Assembly (NCBI GenBank): GCA_964016885.1
Contig: OZ024748.1
Location: forward strand, 1,736,001 to 1,800,000
DNA from: Eledone cirrhosa
Lineage: Eukaryota
Direction of reading: 5' to 3'
DNA length: 64,000 bases
Shown here: piece after piece, positions 1-12,516 of the stretch
Position numbering within the stretch: position 1 is the first letter of the stretch
How the letters are laid out: every line of letters starts with the position of its first letter
Notes under the pieces: generated by a model
Database searches by the model: none
Seen by the model: only the letters and a program-made list of their open reading frames with translations
What the model was told of the DNA's origin: nothing
Translations under genes and position numbers: made by a program

Positions 1-1325
1 CATCTGAGCTGTCTTTATTTATTAGAAATAACTGGTTTCTCCCTCACCCCTATCGGATAAATCTTTTGCCTTTTATTATCTATTAGAAATAGCAGCAAAA
101 ACAACCTCAAATCACAATCTTCCGTCTTAGACAAAGATTATTTGGGATGTAGTAGTTGATACACTATGACAGGGTGGTCATAACTGGAATATGTTTATCG
201 TAAGTCCATATACTCCGAGCAAAGCTGAGACTAAACAACAACAATTGTTAAACATCTTAAGGAATGAAAGGGTAGTGGAAGCGGTTCATTTTTCATTGTC
301 ATTACCATCGGATGGTACCTTTTAGATGTCAATAACCGGCTGATAACATTAAACAGAGGATATGACACTATCCTGAGAGACTTTGAGACCCAGTATTTTT
401 AATAACCGTCAGATAACACTATACGTGATTATAATAAGTGGCTTCCGTCGTGTTTTATAAACAGTATAAAGTGTAACTGAGTAGAAATATATATATAATA
501 GTAACAACAGTATTCTTTGATTGAACTGACAACACCAGAATACACAATTTTAAGCAACGAGGGACGGTAATAACGACATAAATAAGGTAGATAGTTAGAT
601 AACTATCGATTTGGATGGGAAATTGAATGAGTAAGGGAATTCTAAGGAAGCAAGACGCCGGTTGTATTATTATACAGAGTTTGTAATTTTAGAACAATCT
701 TAGCTTTCCGCTATCTATTGATATATTTTGTTAAGCTATTTTCCCCCGCTTTTATCAGCAGAAATGAAAACCTTCTTTATAATAAAAATACATGTAATAA
801 AACTGAATTAAAATGGTTCATTATAGACACTTACGATGAATATATCCTGCAAAACTTACAAGTCAGTCATAACGTGGTAGACAGTCAAACCATGCTTACC
901 TCCCTTAGTTTGTCCCTCTCCGATACTACATTTGTTTTTTACATGAACGAGGCAGCCACTATGTGGTTGCTCAACCTGCTAGAAAAAACAACCTAATCTC
1001 CTCAAGTCGTAACCTGCCACAGAAGCATAAAAACACATCTTTGGGACGCGGATAATTGTTAGTGTTAACATATTTAAGGCAGGGAACATTAATAACCACA
1101 TGTGTCCGTGTCTATGTTTACGTTTACTGATTGTTTGTGTTTTGTAACTTAGTGGTTCGACTAATAGAGATCGATAAAATATGCATCATACTTTGTGTCG
1201 ATATGATCAACTAAATCCTTTGAAAGCAGTACCCAAGCATAGCTGTATACATACATACAAGCATATATGCATATACATATATGTGTGTGTGTATGTATGT
1301 ATATATATTTAAATGCATACGTGTC

Positions 1326-1390
<65 letters not shown>

Positions 1391-2428
1391 GGAAATGCAT
1401 TTGACTCCATTGAGTTCACCCTACTATTCATAGAACTGAAGAACCAAGGAGTGGACTCTGCTTACGTCACACTATTAAAGGATCTTTATAATGGCACTAC
1501 ACCCACTCTCAGATTACACCAACACAACGACAAGATCAAGTTAGAAAGAGGAACAAGACAAGGAGATGACATTTCCCCAAGAATGTTTACATGTTGTTTA
1601 CAGGATGTCATCATTAACAAAGTCAACTGGGAGAACAAAGGCATCAATATAAATGGTGAACTCCTATGACACCTGGACTTCGCAGATGACATCATCCTAA
1701 TAGCCCACAAACCAAAAGAATTGGAGGGGATGTTCAATGTTATCCACACTGTGAGACAACCAGTAGGCTTTAACATCTATTTTGGGAAAACTAAGGTCAT
1801 GTTGAACAGCCACACTAAACCATCACAAGTTATTGTAAATAGAAAGGCCATTGAGGAAGTAGACAGTTATGTGTACCTCTGAAAGAAGGTTGCAAGAACT
1901 GGTGCCCTACTTCCAGAGGTTAAAAGAAGGATTGTGCTTGGCTGGGAAGCTTTTGGAAAAGTTTATAACATCTTTAGAAGTCCCAAGTCAACAATCGAAA
2001 CCAAAGAAAGCTGTTTAATGTAAATGTTCTGCAGGCTGTGACATATGGGAGGTAGATGTGGGCACTCAACACCACCACAGTAAAGACTCTTGCAGTGGCC
2101 TAATGTAAAATAGAGTGGATCATGCTCAGCATCACCTTCAGTGACAGGAAGAGCAACACGTGGATTTGACAGCAGACTGGCATGAAGGACATAATCAAGA
2201 CCATCAAGAAAGGCAAACATAACTGGGCTGACCTTGTCTCTCCTTTCAGAGACTATTAGAATGACAGAGTGGACACCAAGGCAGTGGAGAAGAACCAGAG
2301 GGTGGCCAAATACCAGATTATCTGACCTGATATCTCGGCCCCACATGGCTCAAAAAGGCCAGTGAAAGGAAGCAGAGGAGGTCAACCAGGGTCGGGTTCC
2401 TCGAACAGAAGTGAAAAAACCCTGGATT
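1391..2428 (+). mobile_element. Degenerate 5'-truncated RTE-clade LINE (RT domain to C-terminus)
   Basis: Translation gives GNAFDSIEF (KAFDS-like), RGTRQGDDISPRMF, HLDFADDIILIA, YVYL and EWTPRQWRRTRGWP, with stops and frameshifts. Begins abruptly after a (TA)n tract. Confidence 0.9.
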
Positions 2429-2464
2429 TGGAATTGTGGATACATATATATATATATGTGTGCG

Positions 2465-2496
<32 letters not shown>

Positions 2497-2498
2497 GA

Positions 2499-2915
2499 GA
2501 GAGATATTAGCAGTAGAACTAACATAGTGTGATAAAGGTGTATATAGAGATATTAGCAGTAGAACTAACATAGTGTGATAAAGGTGTATATAGAGATATT
2601 AGCAGTAGAACTAACATAGTGTGATAAAGGTGTATATAGAGATATTAGCAGTAGAACTAACATAGTGTGATAAAGGTGTATATAGAGATATTAGCAGTAG
2701 AACTAACATAGTGTGATAAAGGTGTATATAGAGATATTAGCAGTAGAACTAACATAGTGTGATAAAGGTGTATATAGAGATATTAGCAGTAGAACTAACA
2801 TAGTGTGATAAAGGTGTATATAGAGATATTAGCAGTAGAACTAACATAGTGTGATAAAGGTGTATATAGAGATATTAGCAGTAGAACTAACATAGTGTGA
2901 TAAAGGTGTATATAG
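2499..2915. repeat. 46-bp minisatellite, ~9 near-perfect copies
   Basis: Unit GATATTAGCAGTAGAACTAACATAGTGTGATAAAGGTGTATATAGA read directly. Confidence 0.97.
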
Positions 2916-3428
2916 AAGCATAGGTAATATGTTAATGTATAGTAATCTGAAGTTGTGCATAGTCCTTTTACCCCGAGAAAGGAATAAAGCAGATGCATAC
3001 ATACATACATACATACACACACATACATACACACATACATACATACATACATGCACATACATACACACACACACACACACACTAATAGAAAAATAATAAT
3101 AATAAAAACAAGATGGTTATATCTGGTGGTACTTTTTGGTTACACGTCTATTCGAACGGGATTGATATGGGTCTAAAATACCGTTTACATTAAAAATAAA
3201 CACACCCAAACTCGTTTTCATGTTTATAATATAATTTGACTATTCAATTCTTTTTTTTTTTAACATTTTCAATTACAATGGACAAAGAAATATATAAGTA
3301 CCGTCACAGAAACAAACAAAACTCAGTACGTTTATTTAGAATTTAAAAACTCAGTTTCTTATCAGAGAGGAAACATATACACACACGTTTCCCCTATTAT
3401 TATATTATCTGCATTGTGAGGGCTATAT

Positions 3429-3546
<118 letters not shown>

Positions 3547-4149
3547 TCTCTGTTGGCTACAGGCTGCTGGTCTTTATCCTCATGCATTTTGCCCATTACT
3601 GTCTTTGAAAGCATTTAGCTGTTTTAACGGCTGTTCTAGCGATGAGTTTTGTGTTTATATAATATAAACATTACTTTTATTTATAGACTAAGAGGTTTTA
3701 TTCACAGTTGTATAAATAACATTACAAATGTGTAAATAACATTATAAACTTACATCGAAAGGATGAAAGGCAAGTTGACCTCGGTTGGATTTGAACTCAG
3801 AATGCAATGAGCCCGAACGAATACCGCAAAGATGTCTATCCGCAATTCTAAGGACTCTGCCTATTCGCTGCTTTTATTACGATTACAAGGATAGGAAAAA
3901 GGCGACGAATCGGCAGCTCTCTGCTCTCTGAGTTCAAATCCCACCGATGTCAACTTCGCTTTTCATCTTTTCGAGGTCGATAAAAAAGTATCAGTCAAAT
4001 ACTAGAGTGGATTCTTCCTCTATATATCTTTCTCACTTCATTTCTTTCACTCTCTCTATCATTCTCTGGAAGAAATCTGTTGTAATCAGATTTGGAGAGG
4101 AGATGCGTTCTGCCCTGTTGTTGTTTTTTTAAATGCCCTAAAATCGCCG

Positions 4150-4185
4150 TATGTCAACATGGCGTGCCTACGACTCCCAAGGAGT
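4150..4185. promoter_or_regulatory. Possible promoter motifs (YY1-like and ZNF143/Staf-like)
   Basis: CAACATGGCG at 4155-4164 next to CTACGACTCCCA at 4168-4179, in CpG-retaining sequence. Motif match only. Confidence 0.3.
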
Positions 4186-4717
4186 TACTGGACAGAGAGA
4201 GAGAGAGAGATACAAAATACTTTGTGACAGTTGTTCGGGATCTTTACGTTCTGTGTTCAAATCCCGAAATAGCAAAGAGGTCAGCTTTGTCTTTCAATGT
4301 ATCGGGGTCGATAAAATAAAATACCAGTTCAATAAGGTCGATTTAATCGACTTACCCCTCCCCTTAAATTCCTTGTCTTGTGTCTCGTTGATGCTTTTAT
4401 TACAGAATAGTTTCGATCTATATTTGTAGTAGGCTTAATGTAAACTCAGAAATGTTTTCATATGTCCAATTTCATGTTGATGATGAATAATATAAATTAG
4501 GATAATGTCATTGATTTTTAACTGAAATGGAATGTCATTTCTACAACTATGGTTTTCAAATATATATATATATATTAAGCCTAAACAGTGAGTCTGGTTA
4601 TTCTGGAGTAACAAGACTCACTATTTAGCCTTAATAAAATAAATATTTAAACCCAACTTCGGTATTGGGTACTCTTTTCTCTTGGCCGGCAACTACATAG
4701 GAATATATATATATATA

Positions 4718-4817
4718 CAGGGCGTCCCACAAAAATGTATACACACTTTGATTACCTGTATAGCCAATATTTATTAGAATGTTGTTGAAGCGTGTATCCA
4801 TTTTTGGGAGGACACCC

Positions 4818-4819
<2 letters not shown>
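4718..4819. mobile_element. Tc1/mariner-type MITE
   Basis: TIRs CAGGGCGTCCCACAAAAATGTATACAC / GTGTATCCATTTTTGGGAGGACACCCTG, TA on the left flank. Related copy at 40826-40904. Confidence 0.8.
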
Positions 4820-4879
<60 letters not shown>

Positions 4880-4885
<6 letters not shown>

Positions 4886-5490
4886 AAAGGTAAACAGAAA
4901 TAACAACACAATCGGTACAGTATATGGAATGTATATATTAGGTTAACGCTTGATATAGCAGGAAGAGAGTCTTAACGTTTCGGACGCTAGTCCTTCATCA
5001 GAAGAAAGAATGAGAAATAAAATAGATTAAGGGGACGGGCGGGTTGGAATTGGAAAAATGTCTTTAGATAAAGTTTGTGTGTGTGTGCGTGTGTGTTATT
5101 ACGTACGAAGCTAAGAAGAAATGTGTGTGTATATGTGAGTAAAAGAGTGTGTGTGCATGTAAGTATGAAGCTATGAGCAAAGAGAAAGCGATAGGAATCT
5201 AGGGGTGTGATAATGGATGGGGTATTAGAGAAATTGGGGAGGTGATTTGAGTCCAAGAGGGGAATAGGACCCAAGACGGTGAATCAGACTTTGTTCAGTC
5301 CTGGTGCGCGAGGCCTGTGATCCATGATGTAAAAGGACACCCAGGACTGAAACATGTAGGGAAGAATAACCAGGAGAACAGAAATGACGGGCGACAGGAG
5401 TATCCAAACCGAGTTGTATGTCCCTCAAAATGGTCCGCCATACGGCGTCCCGTTTGTCTGATATATAAAGACCTACAAAGGGTACACCGG
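4880..5490 (-). mobile_element. Penelope-like element 3' fragment (GIY-YIG endonuclease C-terminus plus pseudo-LTR)
   Basis: ORF 5225-5521 has DTPVARHFCSPG...RTRTEQSLIHRLGSYSPLGL, a typical PLE endonuclease end. A hammerhead motif lies downstream on the same strand. Confidence 0.85.
4970..5005 (-). ncRNA. Minimal type I hammerhead ribozyme
   Basis: Minus strand UCUU-CUGAUGA-A-GGAC(UAGC)GUCC-GAAA-CG-UU-AAGA. Stem I UCUU/AAGA, stem II GGAC/GUCC, palindromic AACGUU stem III. Confidence 0.85.
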
Positions 5491-5714
5491 GGGGCATATA
5501 TGTATATATATAAATTTTCATCGATATAATCGTAATCTACACCTTCAAAAACGTATGCAAAATCTCATTAAAAAATGCTTTATTAAGAGTTCCGGGAAAA
5601 GAAAGACAGGTGACGCGGGGACACTAAACTGTAGTTATGTCTAATAATTTAACACTATATTTAGATTCCGCCAAAAGACTCTATTAACCCTAGGTCGGCT
5701 TGAAGGAGAAGAAT

Positions 5715-5806
5715 TGCCATGACGTCACTGAGGCTTCGGCCGTTGATTGGTCATTTGTCATCTGTTCCTTACAGTTTCGAAGAGGAATTTGTCAAAGAAA
5801 GGTAAA
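5715..5806 (+). promoter_or_regulatory. Candidate Pol II promoter with short first exon
   Basis: Perfect CRE TGACGTCA at 5720-5727, reverse CCAAT (ATTGG) at 5746-5750, and donor-like AAG|GTAAAA at 5801/5802. CpG density falls downstream. Confidence 0.5.
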
Positions 5807-6030
5807 AAAAAAAAAAAAAGAATCTTTCTCAACAACTATGTCTTTTGTTATTATTTACCCCAAAGAAATGTATTGAGAGAATATATTGCACAAACGAAGT
5901 ATAACGAAAGTATATAATTGTAAGTTTTTAATGATTTCTTAAAATTTAATCAAAACCTTGTTTTTATTGAACAAAAGTTACTAAAAGATGCTCTTGCCAA
6001 AAAAGAAACTAAAGGTTCCTAAGACGTCCA

Positions 6031-6064
<34 letters not shown>

Positions 6065-7245
6065 TACACCAGGTATTTTTGAGCAAGATTTCACACTGCT
6101 TCTTCTGCTGGGAGTTGTGACATAAGTCTGTCTTAAGCCAGAAGGATTGTTAGGCTGGTGCTTTTCTCAGTTTCATGGCGTAAAGCGACTGAGAGTACAA
6201 GACTCCCCCACTGGACAGGATGCCAGTTATTGCTGGTACTCATTTTCAGTTGAGTATACTGGAGCAACATGAAATGAAGTGTTTTACTCATGAACACAAC
6301 TGCAGCCCAGCCCAGGAATCAAACCCATGGCATTATGATCACATGTCCAATACCCTTACCACTAGGCCGCCACACACCTCCTCAATAGTTGTGACCAGTA
6401 GATAATATTGGCACCAATGGAAAAGATTGTTTCTTTTGTCCAATCTGACCAACAGGTTTCCTCCCAGCCTCCTACCATCAAATTCACTCACAAGGATTTG
6501 GTCAGTTGAGGCTACAGAAGAAGTTGCCCAAAATCAAATGATTAAGAAAATATGATTGAGTGTGAGTCATATATCATTATTTTTCCAATGATCTTTTTTG
6601 CTTTCTTTTCTTTGTCACTGCAATTATACTTATATCACCAATACAAATAAAGAAATCAACAACTATTCCTTTTATCGCCAATATATATCTGACTAAATGA
6701 TTGAACAAAGAGCAATCAAATATTTCTAAACATCTGATCCTGTATCAGAGTAGACTGGAGATGTTCCAATATGAACGAAGAACTAAGACACAAGGAATTA
6801 TGCCAAATAAATCATTGAGACTTTATATGATAGTGTATCTTGTTAATGTTAGTATTATTTTCTTAAAAAGCATAAAAAGTACACAGGATCAAAAGGTTAT
6901 TATATACATCCATACACATATATACATACTTATAGGTTTGTTTGTGAGAGTATATATATATATATCGTCTAACCCATACTAGCGTGGAAGATGGACGTTA
7001 AACGAAGATGATGATGATGATGATATATATATATATATATTCATATATTTTATCTGATGAGGACGTACTGAAAAAACAACACAGTATCTTCAATATATCT
7101 ATAATAAAGCATATATTTTGATTATGTGAATATCTTCATTTGTTAGTATTTTGAATAATATATATAAATATATATATATATAAATATATGTATATATATA
7201 AATATATATATATATATATTTATATATATACATATATATATATAA

Positions 7246-7309
<64 letters not shown>

Positions 7310-7388
7310 TTGTATATATGTATATATATATACAAATAAAATTAGTATTGGTGCTCCAACGTAGCATTATACACAATACACATATATA

Positions 7389-7471
7389 CAGGATGTTTAT
7401 AAAAAACATTTCTGCTGAGACTAAGGATGCATAACGGTGGTCACAACCTTAAAAAATTCATAAACATCCTG
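7389..7471. mobile_element. Short Tc1/mariner-type MITE
   Basis: TA-CAGGATGTTTAT ... ATAAACATCCTG-TA. Confidence 0.75.
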
Positions 7472-7515
<44 letters not shown>

Positions 7516-7529
7516 AATATATTATATAT

Positions 7530-7614
<85 letters not shown>

Positions 7615-7653
7615 TATATATATACATATATACATATATATATACATATATAG

Positions 7654-7845
7654 GAAAAGGTTCAGGACCCCGACGGCAGAGCTCAAGCCATTGTGATGGC
7701 TATTTCTGGACTGTCCAGAAATACCCATCGAAACGGCTTGAGCTCTGCTGTCGGGGTCCTGAACATTTTCTTATTACCCACTCTACTACCCAAAGTATCG
7801 AGTACTCTGGTGCATTATGGTCCACCTGGTTCCTTATCACACTTC
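7654..7845 (+). mobile_element. PLE pseudo-LTR remnant forming a long hairpin
   Basis: 7654-7770 is almost fully self-complementary. It contains the hammerhead 3' half CCCATC-GAAA-CGGC...GCTG-TC-GGGG. Relatives at 30575-30720, 35140-35280 and 35900-36010. Confidence 0.65.
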
Positions 7846-8488
7846 CTTCATTATATATGTATATATATATATGTTTGTGTGTGCGTGTGTTTCGTTTTCC
7901 TTAGCCTAATACTGAAGTTAAAAATAGAATATGATCAGCAAGCGAAGGCTTGTAATTTTGATTCTTATTACAATCCTTCTCAAACTTAGAATAGAGAGTG
8001 ATGTTGCTTTCATGATAAGTTTCCAAACATAATTATTTATTATACCTCTCAACATATGAAATAATTTTCTTTTGTATGCAAATGTAGAAATTACCTACAT
8101 CAACAGTCAGGTACTATAAATAATAGTTTGGAAAATCAGGAAAACTACCTTGAGAGATGGATAAAATAGTAGTTTACTCGATTTCCTAAGCTATTATATA
8201 TTCAATTTATATACAAATACAAAATATAAAGAATTATTATAATGATTGACTGTTGTTAAATGTCAAATCAGCCAACACTTCAAAAGATACAGACACACAC
8301 ATATATTTACAAGAGATGTCAACATGAATGGACCTAATATTTTTATCTAAAGACATTTTTTCCAATTCCAACCCGCCCGTCCCCTCAATCTATCTTCCTG
8401 CTATTTCAAGCGATAACCTAATATATCCCTTCCATATACTGTACCTATTGTGTTGTTATTTCTGTTTACCTTTTACATATATATATAT

Positions 8489-8837
8489 CATCATTATCAT
8501 CATCATCATCGTTTAACGTCCATCTTCCACGCTAGAATGGGTTAGATGGGAGTTGTCCCACTTGAGGCAAGATTGGTTGTCTTGCTCATGTAGGACTGGA
8601 TGGCGGGTTTTCTACGGCTGGGTGCCCTTCCTAACACCAACCACGTTTACTACATGACCTCATTTATTTAGGACTGGATGTTGTGGTACCAACATAACTT
8701 TACATCGAAAGGGGTGGTGTGGATGGGGTGGGGGTAGTGGGACGGGGGTGTATTTTGGTTAAGAGGTGCCTACTGACTGTAGGTTTCGCTTTGTACTTAG
8801 GCAAGGCGGGTCTTCTTTATTACTGTGTAGCACCAAA

Positions 8838-8855
<18 letters not shown>
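8489..8855 (-). mobile_element. SINE-like repeat family B ((GAT)n tail)
   Basis: Matches copies at 19491-19870, 24105-24385 and 60616-60917 (GTTAGGAAGGGCATCCAGCCGTAGAAAA...GATGGACGTTAAACGATGATG). Confidence 0.8.
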
Positions 8856-8870
<15 letters not shown>

Positions 8871-8947
8871 TTGAAAACCTAATCACATTTATATGGTCAG
8901 TCAGCTATGGTGAGGAGAGGATGCAGGAGATAGAGCAAAGTAGTGAA

Positions 8948-9167
8948 GCTTATCATGTGGCTCACAAGGGTAACCCATGCTTATCATGTGGCTCACAAGG
9001 GTAACCCATGCTTATCATGTGGCTCACAAGGGTAACTCATGCTTATCATGTAGCTCACAAGGGTAACCCATGCTTATCATGTGGCTCACAAGGGTAACCC
9101 ATGCTTATCATGTGGCTCACAAGGGTAACCCATGCTTATCATGTGGCCACAAGGGTAACCCATGCTT
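8948..9167. repeat. 31-bp minisatellite, ~7 copies
   Basis: Unit GCTTATCATGTGGCTCACAAGGGTAACCCAT. Confidence 0.97.
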
Positions 9168-10427
9168 AACATGGATTAAGTGTATCACTCAATTTAAGTC
9201 TTATCACCCTGTAAAAGAATTAGCATTCTATGCTTTAAGGATTTTACCAATTTGTCATTTTGAAGAAACCTGGAAGACAGAACTATCAGTCAATTAATTA
9301 GACTTTGGTATTTGTCTGGTTCTTTATTGAACCCCTTCCTTAAAATATGGCACCTTGTATCGATGTTAGAAACCAATATTAGTGCTTTCTTTCATCTTAA
9401 ATTTAGTTTTTTTTTCTTGTTAATTTATCTGCAATTATTTGGTCAAAAGGCAAAAACAAAGCTGCATTTCTATTGTGTTCTTTTTATCTTTTTATTTATG
9501 TCCTTTGAACATTCAAAAGGACTGGGGATTTTCTTTTTAAGTTTTGGAGGGGTGTTACATATTCATAGGCCACCCCCACCCCATCCCACATACTGAGCCC
9601 CTCTAGGTCAGTCTACTGACTGAGTCCCTGATGTAAAAAATCTTTAGCTCATCAGGCCAGAGCTTATCCTGGTTTTATGTGGCATTATGTGACTGTTACT
9701 ACAAGACTTACTACCTTGGATCCTTGGATGAGATGCCTTCCATCACAGGGTTAACCCCACTGCTGCAGTGAACTGTGGTAACATAAAATGAAGTGCCTTG
9801 CTTAAGAACATAATACACCAGCCAGTCTGAGAACCAAACCCACAACCTTATGATCATGAGCTCAACTCTCTATCTATTAGGTCACACATCTTCCTTCTTT
9901 ATACTCTTCTTTATATTTTCTTTTGTACTAACTACATAGCTTTTTTTATGTAGTTTTCTCATCTCTTGTCCGATTACTTTTACTTCCCTGTTATTGTCCT
10001 TCTTCAGAAGCTGACAGTAGTATAATATTGATGTAGTGGTCATTAAGAATTGTATCTCGAGTGAGTACAGCAACAGCCTGCTTTACAACTTCCCTAACAT
10101 TTCAATATAAGTGCAAAACAATTGCATTTCTACTGTTTAAAATGCATTAGCAAAGTTACTTGAACAATTGAACTATTTGCATTGCGATTATAAAAACAAT
10201 AAAACAACAAAAATCATGATGGACAACAACTAAAAAAAATAAATGATAGATAAATTCTATTAACTGAAAAAAAACAACCTTAATCAATATTAGGGTTGAA
10301 CTAGAAATAAAATAATAATAATAATAATCTATATTATAAAAGAAAAGCTGTTTCTCCCTCTGACTGTCTGTCACAACATATATGTAAGAGGGTGAAAGGG
10401 GGGGGGGCGAACAGTTGTTGTTGATGA

Positions 10428-10499
<72 letters not shown>

Positions 10500-11634
10500 A
10501 AGAGAGGTGGGTTGTTAATGGTATGAGAATAAAAGTGGTGACAACAGACTTAAAAGTATTTCACTATAATGACAGGCAAGTTTTCACTATAATGAAGGGG
10601 GTTTGCTATTTATTGATGCTGCAGTATTTACTTAAAATACTTTGTTTGATATTCTACAAAATATTGTTCAACAGTATTCAAACTGTTATTAATGTTGTTT
10701 TTAAGTACAATACATGGTGGAAAAAACATGTGTTTATGTTCTTCAACATATAGACAAGGTAACACAGATTTCAGAAAAAGACCATGACATTTGTCTGTCA
10801 AACTTAAATGTGTACATATAATACATATAGTTATTTTTCAGGTTGCTTGTGTCTGTGTGTAGTGTAGCAATAGGTTTTTACTAATAATAATGATTTCTAA
10901 CATTAATAATAATGCACAAGGCTAGCAATTTAGGAGAAGCAGAGAGTCAATCATATTGACCCCAGTACATTACTGGTACTTTATTTTATCAACCTTGGAA
11001 GGATGAAAGTCAAAGCTGACTTTGGGGGGATTTGAACACAGAACATAGGAAGTCATAACTAAATACTGCAAATCATTTTGTTTGTTGCTCTACTGATACT
11101 GGCAATCCAGTGGATAGAAGATCTTTCTCAGAACCTATGAAAGATAGAACATACTGATAAAATAGCCACAATAATAAAACATACAAATGGACGGTCGTCA
11201 TAAACTCAATGAAAACTGATACAAACATCAATATTACCAAAATAAACTAAATGGTATTAACATCAGCTAGAGTATTTACAGAGGAAAGTGGGTAATCCCC
11301 AAGAACAAACAAAGAAAGTTTGAAAATAAAAGATCTATCATTCTCCAACAAAAGGACACCAATGAAAACAAAAGAAAAAAGTGGGTGAGGTGGACACAAA
11401 TACTACAGAAATATAAAAAATATAAAGAGATAACCAAAATAAAAAAATGCCTTTAACAAGAGACAAAGTGTCTGAGAGAAATTTTGCCATGGCAGAACAA
11501 GAAGTTTTGTGATTTTTCATTATGAAATCATTACTTTAAAAAGGGCCTCATGATGAGTATAAAACCTATCATGAAGCCTATAAGGCTGGTTTAGCAAAGA
11601 AAATGGCTTTAAAACACTTGTGTGGTTTTGTGAC

Positions 11635-12210
11635 CTCTTGGTTTACTCAGTCCCTTTGTCAACAGTGGAGTCTCTTGAAAAGAACATCAGCAGCTTTCTT
11701 CACTGATGGCTGAGCTTTCCATGCAGCCTTAGAAGTTCAGCACTTGTAAAAGACTAGCAACACCTTGCAGCTCATGTTCAGGGGTCTCACAGAGGAGTTT
11801 ATGATGGCACGAGCAAGAGAAGTACTGCAGTACAGAAACTCTAGAAAGTTATGTTAACTGGCATCAAGACCCAGGCTGGAAAGGTCCAAGACAAGGAGAG
11901 ACACTATCTTATCCAAGAAGAGATCTTAGTAGGAATAGAGGAAGAGTGTGTCAGCTGGACTGTAGGGATCAGACAGTATGGGCATGGATTAGGGTGTGCT
12001 GCAGGATTACCTGGCAGGGAGACTTCCATCATGTCCACTTCCTCGTCCAAACAATCTACACTGTTCTATCAACACATGGGTCGAGATGAAGACACCTGTG
12101 CGTTTGCTCTATTCTGGAAAGAGATCTTTAGAACATCTACTCAACAGGTACTCAAAGACTCTTGGAAATGACTGCTATCATTTACACCATGACCAGGTGC
12201 TTAGGACATA
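11635..12210 (+). mobile_element. HERO-like (RLE-type non-LTR) retrotransposon fragment, post-RT region to zinc knuckle
   Basis: Frameshifted peptides LLVYSVPLSTVESLEKNISSFL, GLTEEFMMARAREVLQYRNS, RHYLIQEEILVGIEEE and LPRPNNLH...SLEHLLNRYSKTLGNDCYHLHHDQVLR resemble the HERO SLEHILSSC..RYRWRHDQVL region. Confidence 0.8.
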
Positions 12211-12339
12211 CTCTAATTTGAGCATGTCCAGATGTTATAGTTATAATTGGATGGTTAGTACATTTATATATATATTTTTAATTGATTTGTATCCATTCTT
12301 TCACCATTCTTTCCATAGTTAATATGTTCTTCACTGTAT

Positions 12340-12445
12340 ACCCTATATACTTATATATATAATATATATATATCCCCTATATACTTATATATATAATATA
12401 TATATATCCCCTATATACTTATATATATAATATATATATAACCCT
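12340..12445. repeat. ~35-bp AT-rich tandem repeat, 3 copies
   Basis: CCCTATATACTTATATATATAATATATATATATC repeated. Confidence 0.85.
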
Positions 12446-12485
12446 TATCGAGTCCTCTTTAGATTTTGGTCTTTGTATTTATTAT

Positions 12486-12516
<31 letters not shown>

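Noticed and set aside
825-905. Three clustered minus-strand GTAAG donors with a possible 12-nt microexon
   Set aside because: Weak polypyrimidine tract and adjacent repeat DNA; could be chance.
7050-7105. Functional hammerhead (also 36061-36100)
   Set aside because: Core nucleotides are lost (GAAA missing or U4 changed, stem I unclear). Counted only as decayed relics.
8948-9167. CRISPR-like periodicity (also 2499, 31275, 54818, 63700)
   Set aside because: No unique spacers and no cas genes, in a eukaryotic context. These are minisatellites.
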